The notes below the pieces were generated by a model. The model saw only the letters and a list, made by a program, of their open reading frames with translations, did no database searches and was not told the origin of the DNA. The translations under genes and the position numbers were made by a program. A stretch of DNA of 64,000 bases from an uncultured delta proteobacterium (lineage in GTDB: Bacteria > Myxococcota > UBA727 > VGSZ01), in contig CAVZJB010000011.1 of assembly GCA_963775425.1 (NCBI GenBank), positions 672,001 to 736,000 of the forward strand. The letters run 5' to 3'. The first letter of the stretch is position 1. Every line of letters starts with the position of its first letter. This document shows positions 1 through 15,498 of this stretch, piece by piece.

Positions 1-591
1 GTGCTCCATCACCGGCAGGAATTCGACGTGCGTGAAGCCCATCTGCGCGCAGTGCTCGGCGAGCTTGCCGGCGATCTCGCGATAGGTGAGCGAGCGGTTC
101 TCTTCCTCGGGCACGCGCATCCAGGATCCGAGGTGCACCTCGTAGATCGAGATGGGCGCGTTGAGAGATTGGCGCGTCCCGCGGGTGCGCATCCACTCGG
201 AGTCGCGCCACTCGTACGCGAGGTCCCAGACCACCGACGCCGTCTCGGGCGGCGTCTGGTGGTGGAAGCCGTAGGGGTCGGCCTTGTCGATCTCGTAGCC
301 GTTCACGCGTGAGCGAACCCGGTACTTGTAGGCTGCGCCCTTGGTGACGCCGGGGACGAAGCCCTCGAAGATCCCGGACGCGCCCCGAGGGACAAGGCGG
401 TTGGCGCCGGGGCGCCACTCGTTGAAGGTGCCGATGACGGAGACGGACTCGGCGTTGGGCGCCCAGACCGCGAAGCGGGTCCCCGCCTTCTTCCCCATGA
501 TGGTCGGGTGCGCGCCGAGCGCGCGCCACGCGCGCAAGTGCGTGCCCTCGCCGAAGAGGTGCAGGTCCACGTCCCCGATGCCGTCGTCCAT
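1..591 (-). CDS. glgB: 1,4-alpha-glucan branching enzyme, 5' part (runs off window edge)
   Basis: Minus frame from ATG 591 reads MDDGIGDVDLHLFGEGTHLRAWRALGAHP...RFAVWAPNAESVSVIGTFNEW...KADPYGF...PISIYEVHLGSW, a typical GlgB N-terminus. An in-frame GTG at 648 overlapping the glgE stop is an alternative start. Confidence 0.93.
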   Translation of the reverse strand, partial: MDDGIGDVDLHLFGEGTHLRAWRALGAHPTIMGKKAGTRFAVWAPNAESVSVIGTFNEWRPGANRLVPRGASGIFEGFVPGVTKGAAYKYRVRSRVNGYEIDKADPYGFHHQTPPETASVVWDLAYEWRDSEWMRTRGTRQSLNAPISIYEVHLGSWMRVPEEENRSLTYREIAGKLAEHCAQMGFTHVEFLPVMEH

Positions 592-644
592 TCCGCTCCC
601 TTCGCCTTCGCCTGCGTCACCGCCGGATCGGGCGGCTCCGCACT

Positions 645-2638
645 TCACAAGTAGTAGTCGAAGTCGCGCTCGCTGCGCACCTTGCGCAGCAGCCGAAAGA
701 TCTGTGCGGGCGCCGTCTGCGGATCGATCTCCACGTAGTTGCGCGCGCCGCTCCACAGGTAGCGCCCGCCGCCGAGGAGGTCCCAGGCCTGAAGCGGCGC
801 GTGCTCGTCGAGGCCAAGCAGCTCCGCCGGCAGATGAAGGAAGCCCGACTGCACGTGGTCGGGGTCGAGGTTCACGGCGACGAGCACGACGTTGTCACCG
901 CTGTGCTTCACGTACGCGAGGAGCTGTTCATTGTCGGTGGGGACGAAGGAGAGCGTGTCGTCGCGTTGCAGCGCGGGGTTGTCGCGGCGGATCCTGTTGA
1001 TGCGTGCGACGACGTCGCGGATGGAGTGCGGCGCGTCCAGATCCCAGTGCTTGATCTCGTACTTCTCGGAGCGCGCGTACTCCTCGGCACCCGGCTCGCG
1101 CGGCGTCGACTCGCACAGCTCGAACGCAGGGCCGTAGATGCCGTAGGACGCGCCGAGCGTGGCGGCGAGCACGAGGCGCTGTACGAAGACCGCGCGCCCA
1201 CCCATCTGCAGGCGCTCGGGGAGGATGTCCGGTGTGTTGGGCCAGAGGTTCGGCCGGAAGTACTCGCGCACGGGTGGCCGCGTGACCTCCTCGAAATACG
1301 AGACGAGCTGCTCCTTGGTGTTGCGCCAGGGAAAGTAGTTGTAGCTCTGCGAGAAGCCGAGCTTGGCCAGGCGGTACAGGGGCTTCGGCCGGGTGAAGGC
1401 CTCGGCGAGGAAGAACACGTCGGGGTGCTCCTTCTTCACCTCGGCGATGAGCCACTGCCAGAACGCGAAGGGCTTGGTGTGCGGGTTGTCGACGCGGAAG
1501 ATGCGCACACCGCGGTCGACCCAGAGGAGCACCACGCGCAACAGCTCCTGCCACAGCGCCTGCCAGTCGTCGCCGTCGAGCTCGAGCGGGTAGATGTCCT
1601 GGTACTTCTTGGGCGGGTTCTCCGCGTACTGCACGGTGCCGTCCGGGCGCCGGCGGAACCACTGCGGGTGCTCCTTCACCCACGGGTGGTCCGGCGCGCA
1701 CTGGAAGGCGAGGTCGAGCGCGACCTCGAGGCCCAGGCCCTTGGCCGTCGCGAGGAGCGCGCGCAGATCGTCGACGGTGCCGAGCTGGGGGTGGACGGCG
1801 TCGTGGCCGCCCTCGGCGGCGCCGATGGCCCAGGGGCTGCCGACGTCGCCGGGCTCCGCCTTCTCTGCGTTGTCCTTGCCCTTGCGCGCGGTGACGCCGA
1901 TGGGGTGGATGGGCGGGAGGTACACGACGTCGAAGCCGAGCTCCTTGACGTACGGGAGGCGGGCGGCGCAGTCCTTGAGCGTGCCGTGGCCTCCGCTCGG
2001 CGACGTCGAGCGCGGGAACAGCTCGTACCACGAGGAAAAGCGCGCACGCACCCGCTCCACGTCGACACCGAGCTCGCGCGCATAGCGCACGACGCGCCGG
2101 GGATCGGGCCAGGCGCGCGCCGCCGCGAGCATCGCGTCGCTGATCTTGTCCGGGCTCTTCACGACATCGCGCGCGGCGAAGGACAACATCGCGGCGTCGG
2201 CGGAGGCGGCGGCGACGCCGTCGGGGGGCGCACCGGGCGTAGCGCCGTGCGCCGCGGCGCGGGCGGCGGCGCCCTCGAACAGGGCGGCGCCGATCTGGAG
2301 ATCGACGGTGACGTCCTGGCCGGCCGCGATCTTCTTGGCGAGGTCGCGGTGCCAGGTGCCCGCTTCGTCGATGAACGCCTCGACGGTGTACGCGTGCGGC
2401 GCGAGCGCGTCGACGGGAAACCACGCCGTGAACACGTCGTTGCCGCGGGGCTCCATCGCGATGCGCCACCACGCGCCGCCGGCGGCGCGGGCGAGGAGCG
2501 TCACGCACAGCGCGTCGTGGCCGTCGGCAAACACGTGGGCCTCGACGTCGACCCTCTCTCCCACCACGCGCTTGATCGGGAAGGCGCCGCAGTCGACCTC
2601 GGGGCGCACGGCGTCGATGATGACGCGCTGTGGGAGCG

Positions 2639-2642
<4 letters not shown>
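645..2642 (-). CDS. glgE: Alpha-1,4-glucan:maltose-1-phosphate maltosyltransferase (GH13)
   Basis: Motifs SSWYELFPRS, YLPPIHPIG, YAENPPKKYQDIYP, FRVDNPHTKP, NLWPNTPDIL; ATGA overlap with treS stop. Confidence 0.96.
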
Positions 2643-5950
<3,308 letters not shown>

Positions 5951-6100
5951 GCGTGACGCCCGCTCTCGACCGGGCGTTTGCGATTCGGCTCCATAGTCTC
6001 TCGAGTATGGCGTCTACCGCTCGATCGTCAACTTTGGCGACGACGGCCCGCGGGGAGATTCTCCTCGTGCCCTCCGGTCATGCCGCAGTGCGTCTCTCCA

Positions 6101-7740
<1,640 letters not shown>

Positions 7741-7764
7741 CCGCCGGCGCTGTAACGTGCGCTC

Positions 7765-8586
7765 GTGTGGCGCATCTTCCTCGCCGCGGCGGCGGCGTCG
7801 CTGTCGCTCGGCGTCCTGGCTCACCCCGGCACCGAGCCCGTCGTCGCCGCGTTCGCGCTGGTCTGCGCGGCGTTGGCGGCGGCGCCGGTGTTGTCGCCGC
7901 GGGTGCCGCTCACGTTGAGCACCGGGGCCGCGCTGGTGGCCGGGCTCTGTCTCGGGCGTGCGGGCCCCATGACCGCCGCCGACTTGTTCCAGCCGCTGCA
8001 GGCACAGGTGCACGGGCAGGGGCCGCTCGTCTTCGCGCGCCTCGCCCTCGTCCTCGAGGCGGCGCTTTGCCTTCCCCGCGTCCCGCGTCGACGCCGCGCG
8101 CTGCTCGCCGCGCTCCTCGCGGCGGCGTTCGTGGCGTCGTGGGCGGCCGAGCTCGCGCTCGTCGCGCTCGCCCTCGCCGTCGTCGCGGTCGCGCTCCAGG
8201 CGCGCGCGCGCCCGGCGCCGCCGGCGTGGCCGCGGCCGCTCCTCGCCGGCGTCGTCGTCGCCGCCGCCGCCGCCGCCGTCGCCCTCGCCGCCCGCCCGCC
8301 GCCGCCGGCGCCGCCCGTCGATGCGCGCGGCGCCGCCCTCGCCTGGCTCGCGCGCGACAACCCCTGGCGCGCTTTGCCCGCGGCGCGCGCGTGGGCCGGC
8401 GCCGAGAAGACGCCGGGCGCCGGCACCGTGTGTCTCGCCCGCGTGGCCGCGCGCCTCGGGGACGGCGACGTCGCGCGCGGGCTCCTCGGCCGCGTGCTCA
8501 AAGACGGCTCCGACGCCGCCGCCCGCGAGGACGCCAAGCGGGTCCTCGCCACGCTCGTCGCCGCTCCCACGGGGAACCCGGAGTGA
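7765..8586 (+). CDS. Hypothetical membrane protein with C-terminal helical (TPR-like) segment
   Basis: Several hydrophobic helices, then AALAWLARDNPWRAL...CLARVAARLGDGDVARGLL; GTGA overlap with next gene. Confidence 0.6.
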   Translation: MWRIFLAAAAASLSLGVLAHPGTEPVVAAFALVCAALAAAPVLSPRVPLTLSTGAALVAGLCLGRAGPMTAADLFQPLQAQVHGQGPLVFARLALVLEAALCLPRVPRRRRALLAALLAAAFVASWAAELALVALALAVVAVALQARARPAPPAWPRPLLAGVVVAAAAAAVALAARPPPPAPPVDARGAALAWLARDNPWRALPAARAWAGAEKTPGAGTVCLARVAARLGDGDVARGLLGRVLKDGSDAAAREDAKRVLATLVAAPTGNPE

Positions 8587-10022
8587 GCGCCGCCGCCCCC
8601 AACGACGCCGAGCCTGGCCGCGTCTCTTCCTGGGCGCGCGGCGGAGGAGCGCCCTGGTGGGCGGCGCTCCTCGCGCTCACGTTCGTCGTGGCGTTGCGCC
8701 TCGCGTACATCAACGGCGACGGCCTGCTCTACATCGCCCACGGCCGCTTCATCCTCGACGGCGGCGCGCTGCCGGCGGTGGACCCGTTCAGCGAGATGTC
8801 GGTGCGAACGCCCCTGGTGCTCCACCTCCTGCTGCCGATGATCGGCTTCGCCGTCGTCGAGCGCGCCGGCGGGCTGTGCGCGCTCGTGCTCCTCGCCGCC
8901 GTCGCGGGCGTCGCCGTGCTCGCCGGGTTCCTCCTCCCCGCGCGCCGCTCGTTCGTCGCCACGCTCGCCGGCGCCGGCGTGCTCGCGTCGCTCCTCGGCG
9001 TCGACCACCAGTTCTTCGAGGCGCGCGCCCAGGTGCTCGCCTTCCTCCCGTTCGTCGCCTGGCTCGCCCTGTGCCGGCGCGCCCTCGACAGCGATCGCGC
9101 GCCGCTCTCCGCCGCGCACCTCGCCGCCGCGTTCGTCGTCGCGGCCCTCTGGGCAAACACCCATCCCTCGTTCCTGGTGGCGGTGGCGTTGCCGCTGTTG
9201 TTCGCGGGCGGCGTCGCGCTCGAGCCGCGGCCTGCGCGCGCGGCGTTGCGGCCCCTGCTGCTCCTGTCGGCGGTGGGGCTGTGCGCCTCGTGGGTATCGC
9301 CGTACGGCGGTCACCTCGACGCCGACGTCGTGCGCCTCCTCTTCGACGAGACCACGAGCCGCATCGAGCACATGCGCTCTCCCGGCGTCACGGCGGGCTG
9401 GCTCTTGTTCTTCGCGCTCACGGTGTCCATCGCCGTGGCGCGCGCGGTGACGGGCGAGCGGCGGCAGCGGCGGGTCGACCTCGTCGTCGCGTTCGTATGG
9501 ATCGCCATGACCCTCATCTCGCGGCGCTACGCAGCGTTCGTCGCTGCGTGGAGCATCGTGCTTCTGCCGAAGGTCCTCGCGGGTGTGCGGCTGCCGCCCA
9601 GGGTCGCGCGCGCGGCGGTGCTGGCGTCGGGTGTCGCCGCCGTTGTGGCCATCCCGCTCGTGCCGGCGCCGCTCGACGTCGACAGATCGCTCCCCGTCGC
9701 GGCTGCGTCCGTGCTCGACACGCTGCACCCGCCCCCGCGGCTCCTCAACGAGTTCGCCTGGGGCGGCTACCTGATGTATCGCTTCGGCACCCGCGCCGGC
9801 GTGTTCGTCGACGGGAGGAACAACCTCTACCACAATGGCGTCTTCGACGATTACCTGCACATGGCGTACGCCGGCCCTCGCCTCGACGAGCTCCTCGACA
9901 CCTACGACATCCGGACGGTGTTCTGGACCGCCGGCTGGCGGCTCGATCGTGCGCTCGCTTCGCGCCCTGCGTGGCGCCAGGTGTACCGGGACGAGAAAGC
10001 CGTGATCTATGTCCGGCGCTGA
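8583..10022 (+). CDS. Polytopic membrane protein, probable GT-C-fold glycosyltransferase-like
   Basis: N-terminal DGLLYIAHGRFILDGGALPAVDPFS, many TM helices, WANTHPSF, C-terminal LLNEFAWGGYL...VFVDGRNNLY; GTG start at 8583. Confidence 0.7.
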   Translation: MSAAAPNDAEPGRVSSWARGGGAPWWAALLALTFVVALRLAYINGDGLLYIAHGRFILDGGALPAVDPFSEMSVRTPLVLHLLLPMIGFAVVERAGGLCALVLLAAVAGVAVLAGFLLPARRSFVATLAGAGVLASLLGVDHQFFEARAQVLAFLPFVAWLALCRRALDSDRAPLSAAHLAAAFVVAALWANTHPSFLVAVALPLLFAGGVALEPRPARAALRPLLLLSAVGLCASWVSPYGGHLDADVVRLLFDETTSRIEHMRSPGVTAGWLLFFALTVSIAVARAVTGERRQRRVDLVVAFVWIAMTLISRRYAAFVAAWSIVLLPKVLAGVRLPPRVARAAVLASGVAAVVAIPLVPAPLDVDRSLPVAAASVLDTLHPPPRLLNEFAWGGYLMYRFGTRAGVFVDGRNNLYHNGVFDDYLHMAYAGPRLDELLDTYDIRTVFWTAGWRLDRALASRPAWRQVYRDEKAVIYVRR

Positions 10023-10965
10023 TGAGGCGCTGCCCCACGCCCCGGTGTCCGGCGACGGCGCGCAGAGCTGCCCGGTGTGCGGCGCGCCGACGCGCGCGCG
10101 CTTCTCCCTCGACGAACGAGAGGTGCTCGTCTGCACGGCGTGTGGGCACGGCGTGCTCTCTCCGCCGCCGAGCGACGAGGAGCTCGCGTCGAGCTACGCC
10201 ACCGCCTACGGCGTGGAGGGCGAGAAGTTCCGCTTGCCGGTCGAGAGCGTGGTCACGGCGCTGGCGCGGCGCGCGGCGCGCGAGCTCGCGGCGGGCTTGC
10301 CGCCGGAGTGCCGGCGGGTCCTCGACGTCGGGTGCGGGCGCGGCCTCGTGCTGAACGCGCTCGCCGAGGAGGGCGTCGCGTGCACCGGCGTCGAGCGCGA
10401 GCGCGACGCGGCCATGGGCATCGACCCGCGCGTGGAGCTCGTCGTCGTAGATGACCTCGTGGACGCCAAGCTCCCGGCCGCGTCGTTCGGCGCGGTGATG
10501 TTCCGTCACGTGCTCGAGCACCTGCGCGCGCCGGCGGCCGCGCTGCGGGAGGCGCGGCGCCTGCTTCACCCGAGGGGGCGGCTCTACGCGGAGGTGCCCG
10601 ACTTCGGCAGCACCCAGGCGCGCGTGCTCGGGCGCTTCTGGTTCCACCTCGATCCTCCGCGCCACCTGCACCAGTTCACGCGCGCGAGCGTGACGCGCAT
10701 GATCGAAGACGCGGGCTTCGTCGTCGAGGACGTCCACGTCGGTGGGCCGCTGCACGACGTCATGGGGTGGCTGCAGAGCGGCTTGAACGCGGCGGGGCGT
10801 CCGTCCATGGCGCTCTACGACGGGTTGCACGCGGGCGCGCGGCTGGCGCTGCGCGACATCGCCGGCACCGCGCTCCTCGGCCCCGGGGCGCTCGCCCTCG
10901 GCTTGCTCGAGCGCGCCACCGGGGGCGGCGCCGCGGTGGCGGTGCGCGCGCGCCCGGGTCCCTGA
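10009..10965 (+). CDS. Class I SAM-dependent methyltransferase with N-terminal CxxC-CxxC
   Basis: CPVC...CTAC, VLDVGCGRG, HVLEHL, LDPPRHLHQFT. Confidence 0.88.
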   Translation: MSGADEALPHAPVSGDGAQSCPVCGAPTRARFSLDEREVLVCTACGHGVLSPPPSDEELASSYATAYGVEGEKFRLPVESVVTALARRAARELAAGLPPECRRVLDVGCGRGLVLNALAEEGVACTGVERERDAAMGIDPRVELVVVDDLVDAKLPAASFGAVMFRHVLEHLRAPAAALREARRLLHPRGRLYAEVPDFGSTQARVLGRFWFHLDPPRHLHQFTRASVTRMIEDAGFVVEDVHVGGPLHDVMGWLQSGLNAAGRPSMALYDGLHAGARLALRDIAGTALLGPGALALGLLERATGGGAAVAVRARPGP

Positions 10966-10968
10966 GCG

Positions 10969-13900
10969 CTACTCGGCGGGCGTGCTCACGACCTTCTTGC
11001 GCAAAGCGAGGCGGTCGATCCACGTGTACGCCACGGGTACGACGACGAGGGTCAGCATCGTCGACGTGATCACACCGCCGATGACCGCCACCGCCATGGG
11101 ACCGTTGAATTCCGAGCCCTCCGCCGACGACATCGCAGTCGGCAGCTCACCGAGGACGATGGCCGCGGACGTCATCAAGATCGGACGCAGGCGCGTGGGG
11201 CCGGCCTCGAGGATCGCCTCGGTCATGCCCTTCCCCTGCGCGCGCAGTTGGTTGGTGAGGTCGACGAGGAGAATGCCGTTCTTCGTGACGAGCCCCATCA
11301 ACAGGATGATGCCGATCATCGCGGGCATGCCGATGGACAACCCCGTCAAGAACAGCCCGAGCAGCGCGCCGATCACCGCCAGCGGCAACGCCAGCATGAT
11401 GGTGAACGGATGCACGAAGCTCTCGAACTGCGACGCGAGCACGAAATAGATGAACAGGATGGCCAACGCCAACGCGACGAGCATGTTGGTGAAGGTGTCC
11501 TTCATGTTCTGGGCGTCGCCCTCGAGCTTGTAGCCGTAGCCGGGCTTGAGGAGGGCGTCGATCTTGGGCGTGATCTCGCCGAGCGCCTCACCCAAGGAGC
11601 GGTTGTCGAGGTTGGCGGTGACGGAGATGGAGCGCTGGCGGTTGTTGTGCTCCACCACCGCCGGCGACGCCGACTCCTCCACGCGCACGATCTCGTCGAG
11701 ATGGATGAGCCCGTTACGCCCGGGGACGAGGATGCGCCCGAGGTCCGCCACGGTGGCACGGTCCTCCTCTCGAAGCCGGACGCGGACGTCGATGTCGTCA
11801 CCGCGGTCGGGCATGGTGGCCACGACGTCACCCTCCACCGCGGTGCGCAAGGCGGTGGCCGCCACCGCGAAGGGGACGCCCTTGTCCGCCGCCTTGGTGC
11901 GGTCGACGACGAAGCGCTGCTCGGGCGGCCCGGGCCGCACCGAGATGCCGACGTCGACGACGCCCTTGGTGTCGCGCACGATCTCGTAGACCTGCTCCGC
12001 GGTGCGTTGCAGCTCGGTGAAGTCGGGGCCGGTGACGAGGAGCGAGATGGTCGCGGGAACGCCGTTGTTGGCGAGGTCGGGGATGCGCAGCGTGACCTTG
12101 GCGCCCGGCAGGTGCGACAGCTTCTCGCGCGCCTCCGCCATGATGGTGTCGATGTCCCGCTCGCGCTCGCCCTTGCGCGAGCACACGAGCTGGACCGCGG
12201 CCTTGGAGACGTCGCGATCGACGCCGACGCGGGTGAAGCGGGTGGGGCACTCGGGGATGCCCTTCAGGAGATCCTCGGCCTGCGTGGCCACCCGCGAGGT
12301 CTCTTCGAGCGCGGTGCCCGGCTGCAGCTCGATGACGGCTTCGAACTTGCCCTGATCACCGCGCTTGAAGAACTCGGTGCCCATGAACTTGAGGAGGCCG
12401 CAACTGCCGAAGAGCATGGCGAGCGCGAGCCCCACGACGGTCTTTTTGTGGCGGAGCGCGAAGTGAAGGATGAAGCGGTAGAAGTCGTCGAGCCACTCGA
12501 AGAAGCGCGTGGGCGGCCCGTAGAACCAGTGCGTGCGCATCTTGGTGTGGCGATCGGGATCGATGCGCTGCGCGACGCGCGCGGACAGCATGGGATCCAC
12601 GGTGAGCGACACCCCGAGCGAGACGAGGACGGCGGCGGCGACGGTGAGGCCGAACTGCTGGAAGAACTTGCCGACGAGGCCGCCCATGAACGCGATGGGG
12701 ATGAACACGGCCACGATGGTCATGGTGGTGGCGAGCACGGCCAGGCCGATCTCGCTCACGCCCTTTCTCGCCGCGGTGAGCGGATCTTCCCCCCGTTCCA
12801 GGTGTCGGAAAATGTTCTCTCGGACCACCACGCTGTCGTCGATGAGCAGGCCGATGGAGAGCGTGAGCGCCAGCATGGTCATGATGTTGAGCGAGAAGCC
12901 GAGGCGCCACACGACGAAGAAGGTGCCGACCACGCTCAACGGCAACGACACCGCGGAGATGAGGGTGGAGCGCACGTCGAGCATGAAGAAGAAGATGACG
13001 ACGATGGCGAGCAGGCCGCCGAGCACGAGGTGCTCGCGCAGGCGGTGGATGTTGTTCTCGATGAAGTGCGCCTGGTCCGCGATGAGCGTGAACTCGGTGT
13101 CCTTCGGGAGGCGCGCCTCGAGCTTCTTGACCGCGTCCTGGACGCCTTTGGTGACGGCGACCGTGTTGCTGCCCGACTGTTTCATCACCGTGAAGGTGAC
13201 GGCGTCCTTGCCGTTCACGCGCGCGAGCTCGCGAACCTCTTTGACGGAGTCGACCACCTGGCCGACATCCGCGACGCGGATCTGCGTGCCGTTGGGCATG
13301 GCGAACAGCACCGTGCGCGCGACCTCGTCGGGGGACTTGAAGCGCCCCGCCGCCTTCAGCGACAGCTCGCGTCCGCCCTGCGTGATGCGGCCGCCGGGCA
13401 GGTCGAAGCTCTCGGCGCGGAGCGCCTGCGCGACCTGCGTGACGGTGAGGCCGAGCGCCTGCAGCTTGGTCTGGTTGAGGTCGACGTGGATCTCGCGCTC
13501 CGTGCCGCCGTGGATGTCGATGCTGCCGGCGCCGGGCACCGTCTCGAGCGCGGGCGCGATGGTGTCCTCGACGAGCCGGCGGGTCTCGGTGGCGGACTGG
13601 TCGGAGCGCACCGTGTAGATCAAGACCGGCTGCGCGGACGGGTCGAGCTTGGAGATCTGCGGATCGTCGGCGTCCTTGGGCAGCGTGTTCTTCACCGCCT
13701 GCACCTTGTCGCGCACGTCGCTGGACGCGCGCAGCAGGTCGACGTCGAGCTTGAAGAGGACGACCACCACGGATACCGACTCGCGCGAGTAGCTGCGGAT
13801 GGTGTCGATGCCGTTGATGGTGGAGAGCGCCTCCTCGATGGGCTTGGTGACCTGCTCCTCGATCTCCGTGGGCGAAGCGCCCGGGTAGACGGTGGAGATG

Positions 13901-14037
13901 GAGACGACGGGGAAGCTCACGTCCGGGAAGAGATCGACGCCGAGGCGGAACAAGGCGAGCGCGCCGAGCGTGAGCACGGCGAGCGCGACCATGGTGGTGA
14001 ACACCGGGCGATCGATGGCGACGTGGGAGACCTTCAT
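10969..14037 (-). CDS. RND efflux permease (AcrB/AcrD/AcrF family)
   Basis: MKVSHVAIDRP, LFPDVSFPVV...YPGASP, GLLIDDSVVVRENI, GLVTKNGILLVD, RLRPILMT. Confidence 0.96.
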   Translation of the reverse strand: MKVSHVAIDRPVFTTMVALAVLTLGALALFRLGVDLFPDVSFPVVSISTVYPGASPTEIEEQVTKPIEEALSTINGIDTIRSYSRESVSVVVVLFKLDVDLLRASSDVRDKVQAVKNTLPKDADDPQISKLDPSAQPVLIYTVRSDQSATETRRLVEDTIAPALETVPGAGSIDIHGGTEREIHVDLNQTKLQALGLTVTQVAQALRAESFDLPGGRITQGGRELSLKAAGRFKSPDEVARTVLFAMPNGTQIRVADVGQVVDSVKEVRELARVNGKDAVTFTVMKQSGSNTVAVTKGVQDAVKKLEARLPKDTEFTLIADQAHFIENNIHRLREHLVLGGLLAIVVIFFFMLDVRSTLISAVSLPLSVVGTFFVVWRLGFSLNIMTMLALTLSIGLLIDDSVVVRENIFRHLERGEDPLTAARKGVSEIGLAVLATTMTIVAVFIPIAFMGGLVGKFFQQFGLTVAAAVLVSLGVSLTVDPMLSARVAQRIDPDRHTKMRTHWFYGPPTRFFEWLDDFYRFILHFALRHKKTVVGLALAMLFGSCGLLKFMGTEFFKRGDQGKFEAVIELQPGTALEETSRVATQAEDLLKGIPECPTRFTRVGVDRDVSKAAVQLVCSRKGERERDIDTIMAEAREKLSHLPGAKVTLRIPDLANNGVPATISLLVTGPDFTELQRTAEQVYEIVRDTKGVVDVGISVRPGPPEQRFVVDRTKAADKGVPFAVAATALRTAVEGDVVATMPDRGDDIDVRVRLREEDRATVADLGRILVPGRNGLIHLDEIVRVEESASPAVVEHNNRQRSISVTANLDNRSLGEALGEITPKIDALLKPGYGYKLEGDAQNMKDTFTNMLVALALAILFIYFVLASQFESFVHPFTIMLALPLAVIGALLGLFLTGLSIGMPAMIGIILLMGLVTKNGILLVDLTNQLRAQGKGMTEAILEAGPTRLRPILMTSAAIVLGELPTAMSSAEGSEFNGPMAVAVIGGVITSTMLTLVVVPVAYTWIDRLALRKKVVSTPAE

Positions 14038-15497
14038 GGCGTCCTCGCACAGAGGGAAGCGGGGCCGGCGTCGACGATGACGCTGACGCCCGGAGGGAGC
14101 TCGAAAGAGCGCAGCGCCCGGCTGAGCGCGGCGGCCGAAGGGGCCGGCGGCGCTCGATCGCGCGCGCCGGTGTCGTCCGCGTCGCCGGCGCCCGCGGCGC
14201 ACAGCGCAACGGCAGGGGCGCGCCCGCTGCGGAGGAGCGCGGCGGGCGTGGCGGCGAGGCGCTCGGTGGCGACGCTCGCGAGCGGCACGGCGGCGCCGGT
14301 GCTCGCCGTGACGAAGACCTGCCGGCCGAGCGGCGCGTGCACGTCGACGGGCTGGCTCACCCGAACGGGGACGGCGGCGCCGCCCTCGTCGACGTGGGTG
14401 ACGACCTCGCCGGTGAGGGCGAAGCGCACGGCGTCGGCGACGGCGGCGGCGGAGACGCCGAGGCTCGCGGCGACGCCGCGATCGACCTCGACGCTCGCCC
14501 GGGGCTCCGTTCGCGCGCCACGCATCGTGTACGTGGCGCCGTGGAGGGCCGGGGAGGAGGCGGCGCGGCGCGCGACCTCCTCGAGCGCGTCGTGGTCGGG
14601 GCCGGTGAAGACGACGGCGACCGGCGCGCTGTCGTCGACCGGCACGCGCGCGAGCGTCACGGAGGGCGATATGACGGCGCCGAGCTTTTCGAGCACGGCC
14701 TTTTGCACCGCCGCGGTCGACGCGCCCCCCTGCTTCACCACCTCGAGGACGACCGCCCCCGGGGCGGGCCGCGCCCGGGCGTCGTCGATGCTGTCCTCGG
14801 CGATGCTGTCCTCGGCGATGCTGTCCTCGGCGATCGTGGCGACGTCGGAGACGTGCACCTGGGGCGCGCGCACGACCTCGACCGCGGCGAGGTCGAGGAT
14901 GCTCCGGGCGGGCACGTCGCGCAGCACGTCCGCGACCGCCGCGGCGCTCACGTGCATCGCCCGCGCGCGCTGCCCGTCGACGCGCACCTCGACCTCGCGA
15001 TGCGCGCCGTTGTACACGGCGACACGCGCGACGCCCGGGACGGTTTCGAGCGCAGGGACGACGCTCTCCTCGACGACGCGCGTGGTCTCCACCCGCGCGA
15101 GCGACGGCGAGGTCACCGCGAAGCGAAGCACCGCCGCCTCGCCGGGTGACGCGACCGTCACCAGAGGCGCGACAGCGTCCGCCGGCAGCCGCGGGGCGAT
15201 AGACGAGACGGCACGGCGCACGCCATTGGCGGCATGAAGGAGGCTCGCCCGGGGCGCGACGACGCCGACCACCACGGCGCGTCCCTCCTGCGAGGTCGCG
15301 TGCGTGGACGCGATGCCTGCGGCCGTGGCGACCGCGTCCTCGACCACGGTGGTGACGTCGTGGTCGACGACGGCGGCCGCGGCCCCCGGCCACTCGACGA
15401 CGACGGTCACGGCGCCGGCCGGGTGCGCAGACTTGCACCCGGCGGCAGCCAGCGCTCCCGCGGCGAGCACGAGGGTGGCCGCGCGGGGGGCGGACAC
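14034..15497 (-). CDS. Lipoprotein made of AcrB-like periplasmic subdomains without TM helices
   Basis: Lipobox LAAAG-C. WPGAAAAVVDHDVTTVVEDAV, VPALETVPGV, VVKQGGASTAAV, TGPDHDAL and VDRGVAASLGVS align by eye to the adjacent permease. ATGA overlap with the permease start. Confidence 0.75.
   Translation of the reverse strand: MSAPRAATLVLAAGALAAAGCKSAHPAGAVTVVVEWPGAAAAVVDHDVTTVVEDAVATAAGIASTHATSQEGRAVVVGVVAPRASLLHAANGVRRAVSSIAPRLPADAVAPLVTVASPGEAAVLRFAVTSPSLARVETTRVVEESVVPALETVPGVARVAVYNGAHREVEVRVDGQRARAMHVSAAAVADVLRDVPARSILDLAAVEVVRAPQVHVSDVATIAEDSIAEDSIAEDSIDDARARPAPGAVVLEVVKQGGASTAAVQKAVLEKLGAVISPSVTLARVPVDDSAPVAVVFTGPDHDALEEVARRAASSPALHGATYTMRGARTEPRASVEVDRGVAASLGVSAAAVADAVRFALTGEVVTHVDEGGAAVPVRVSQPVDVHAPLGRQVFVTASTGAAVPLASVATERLAATPAALLRSGRAPAVALCAAGAGDADDTGARDRAPPAPSAAALSRALRSFELPPGVSVIVDAGPASLCARTP
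14787..14831. repeat. 3 x 15-bp in-frame tandem repeat (AEDSI)
   Basis: gatgctgtcctcggc x3. Confidence 0.9.
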
Positions 15498-15498
15498 G

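Noticed and set aside
11248-15237. 1329-aa plus-strand ORF and similar antisense ORFs (801-2738, 17834-19636, 20312-22840, 48583-51201, 52317-54419, 60051-62579)
   Set aside because: Shadow ORFs opposite recognisable genes, expected at this GC content.
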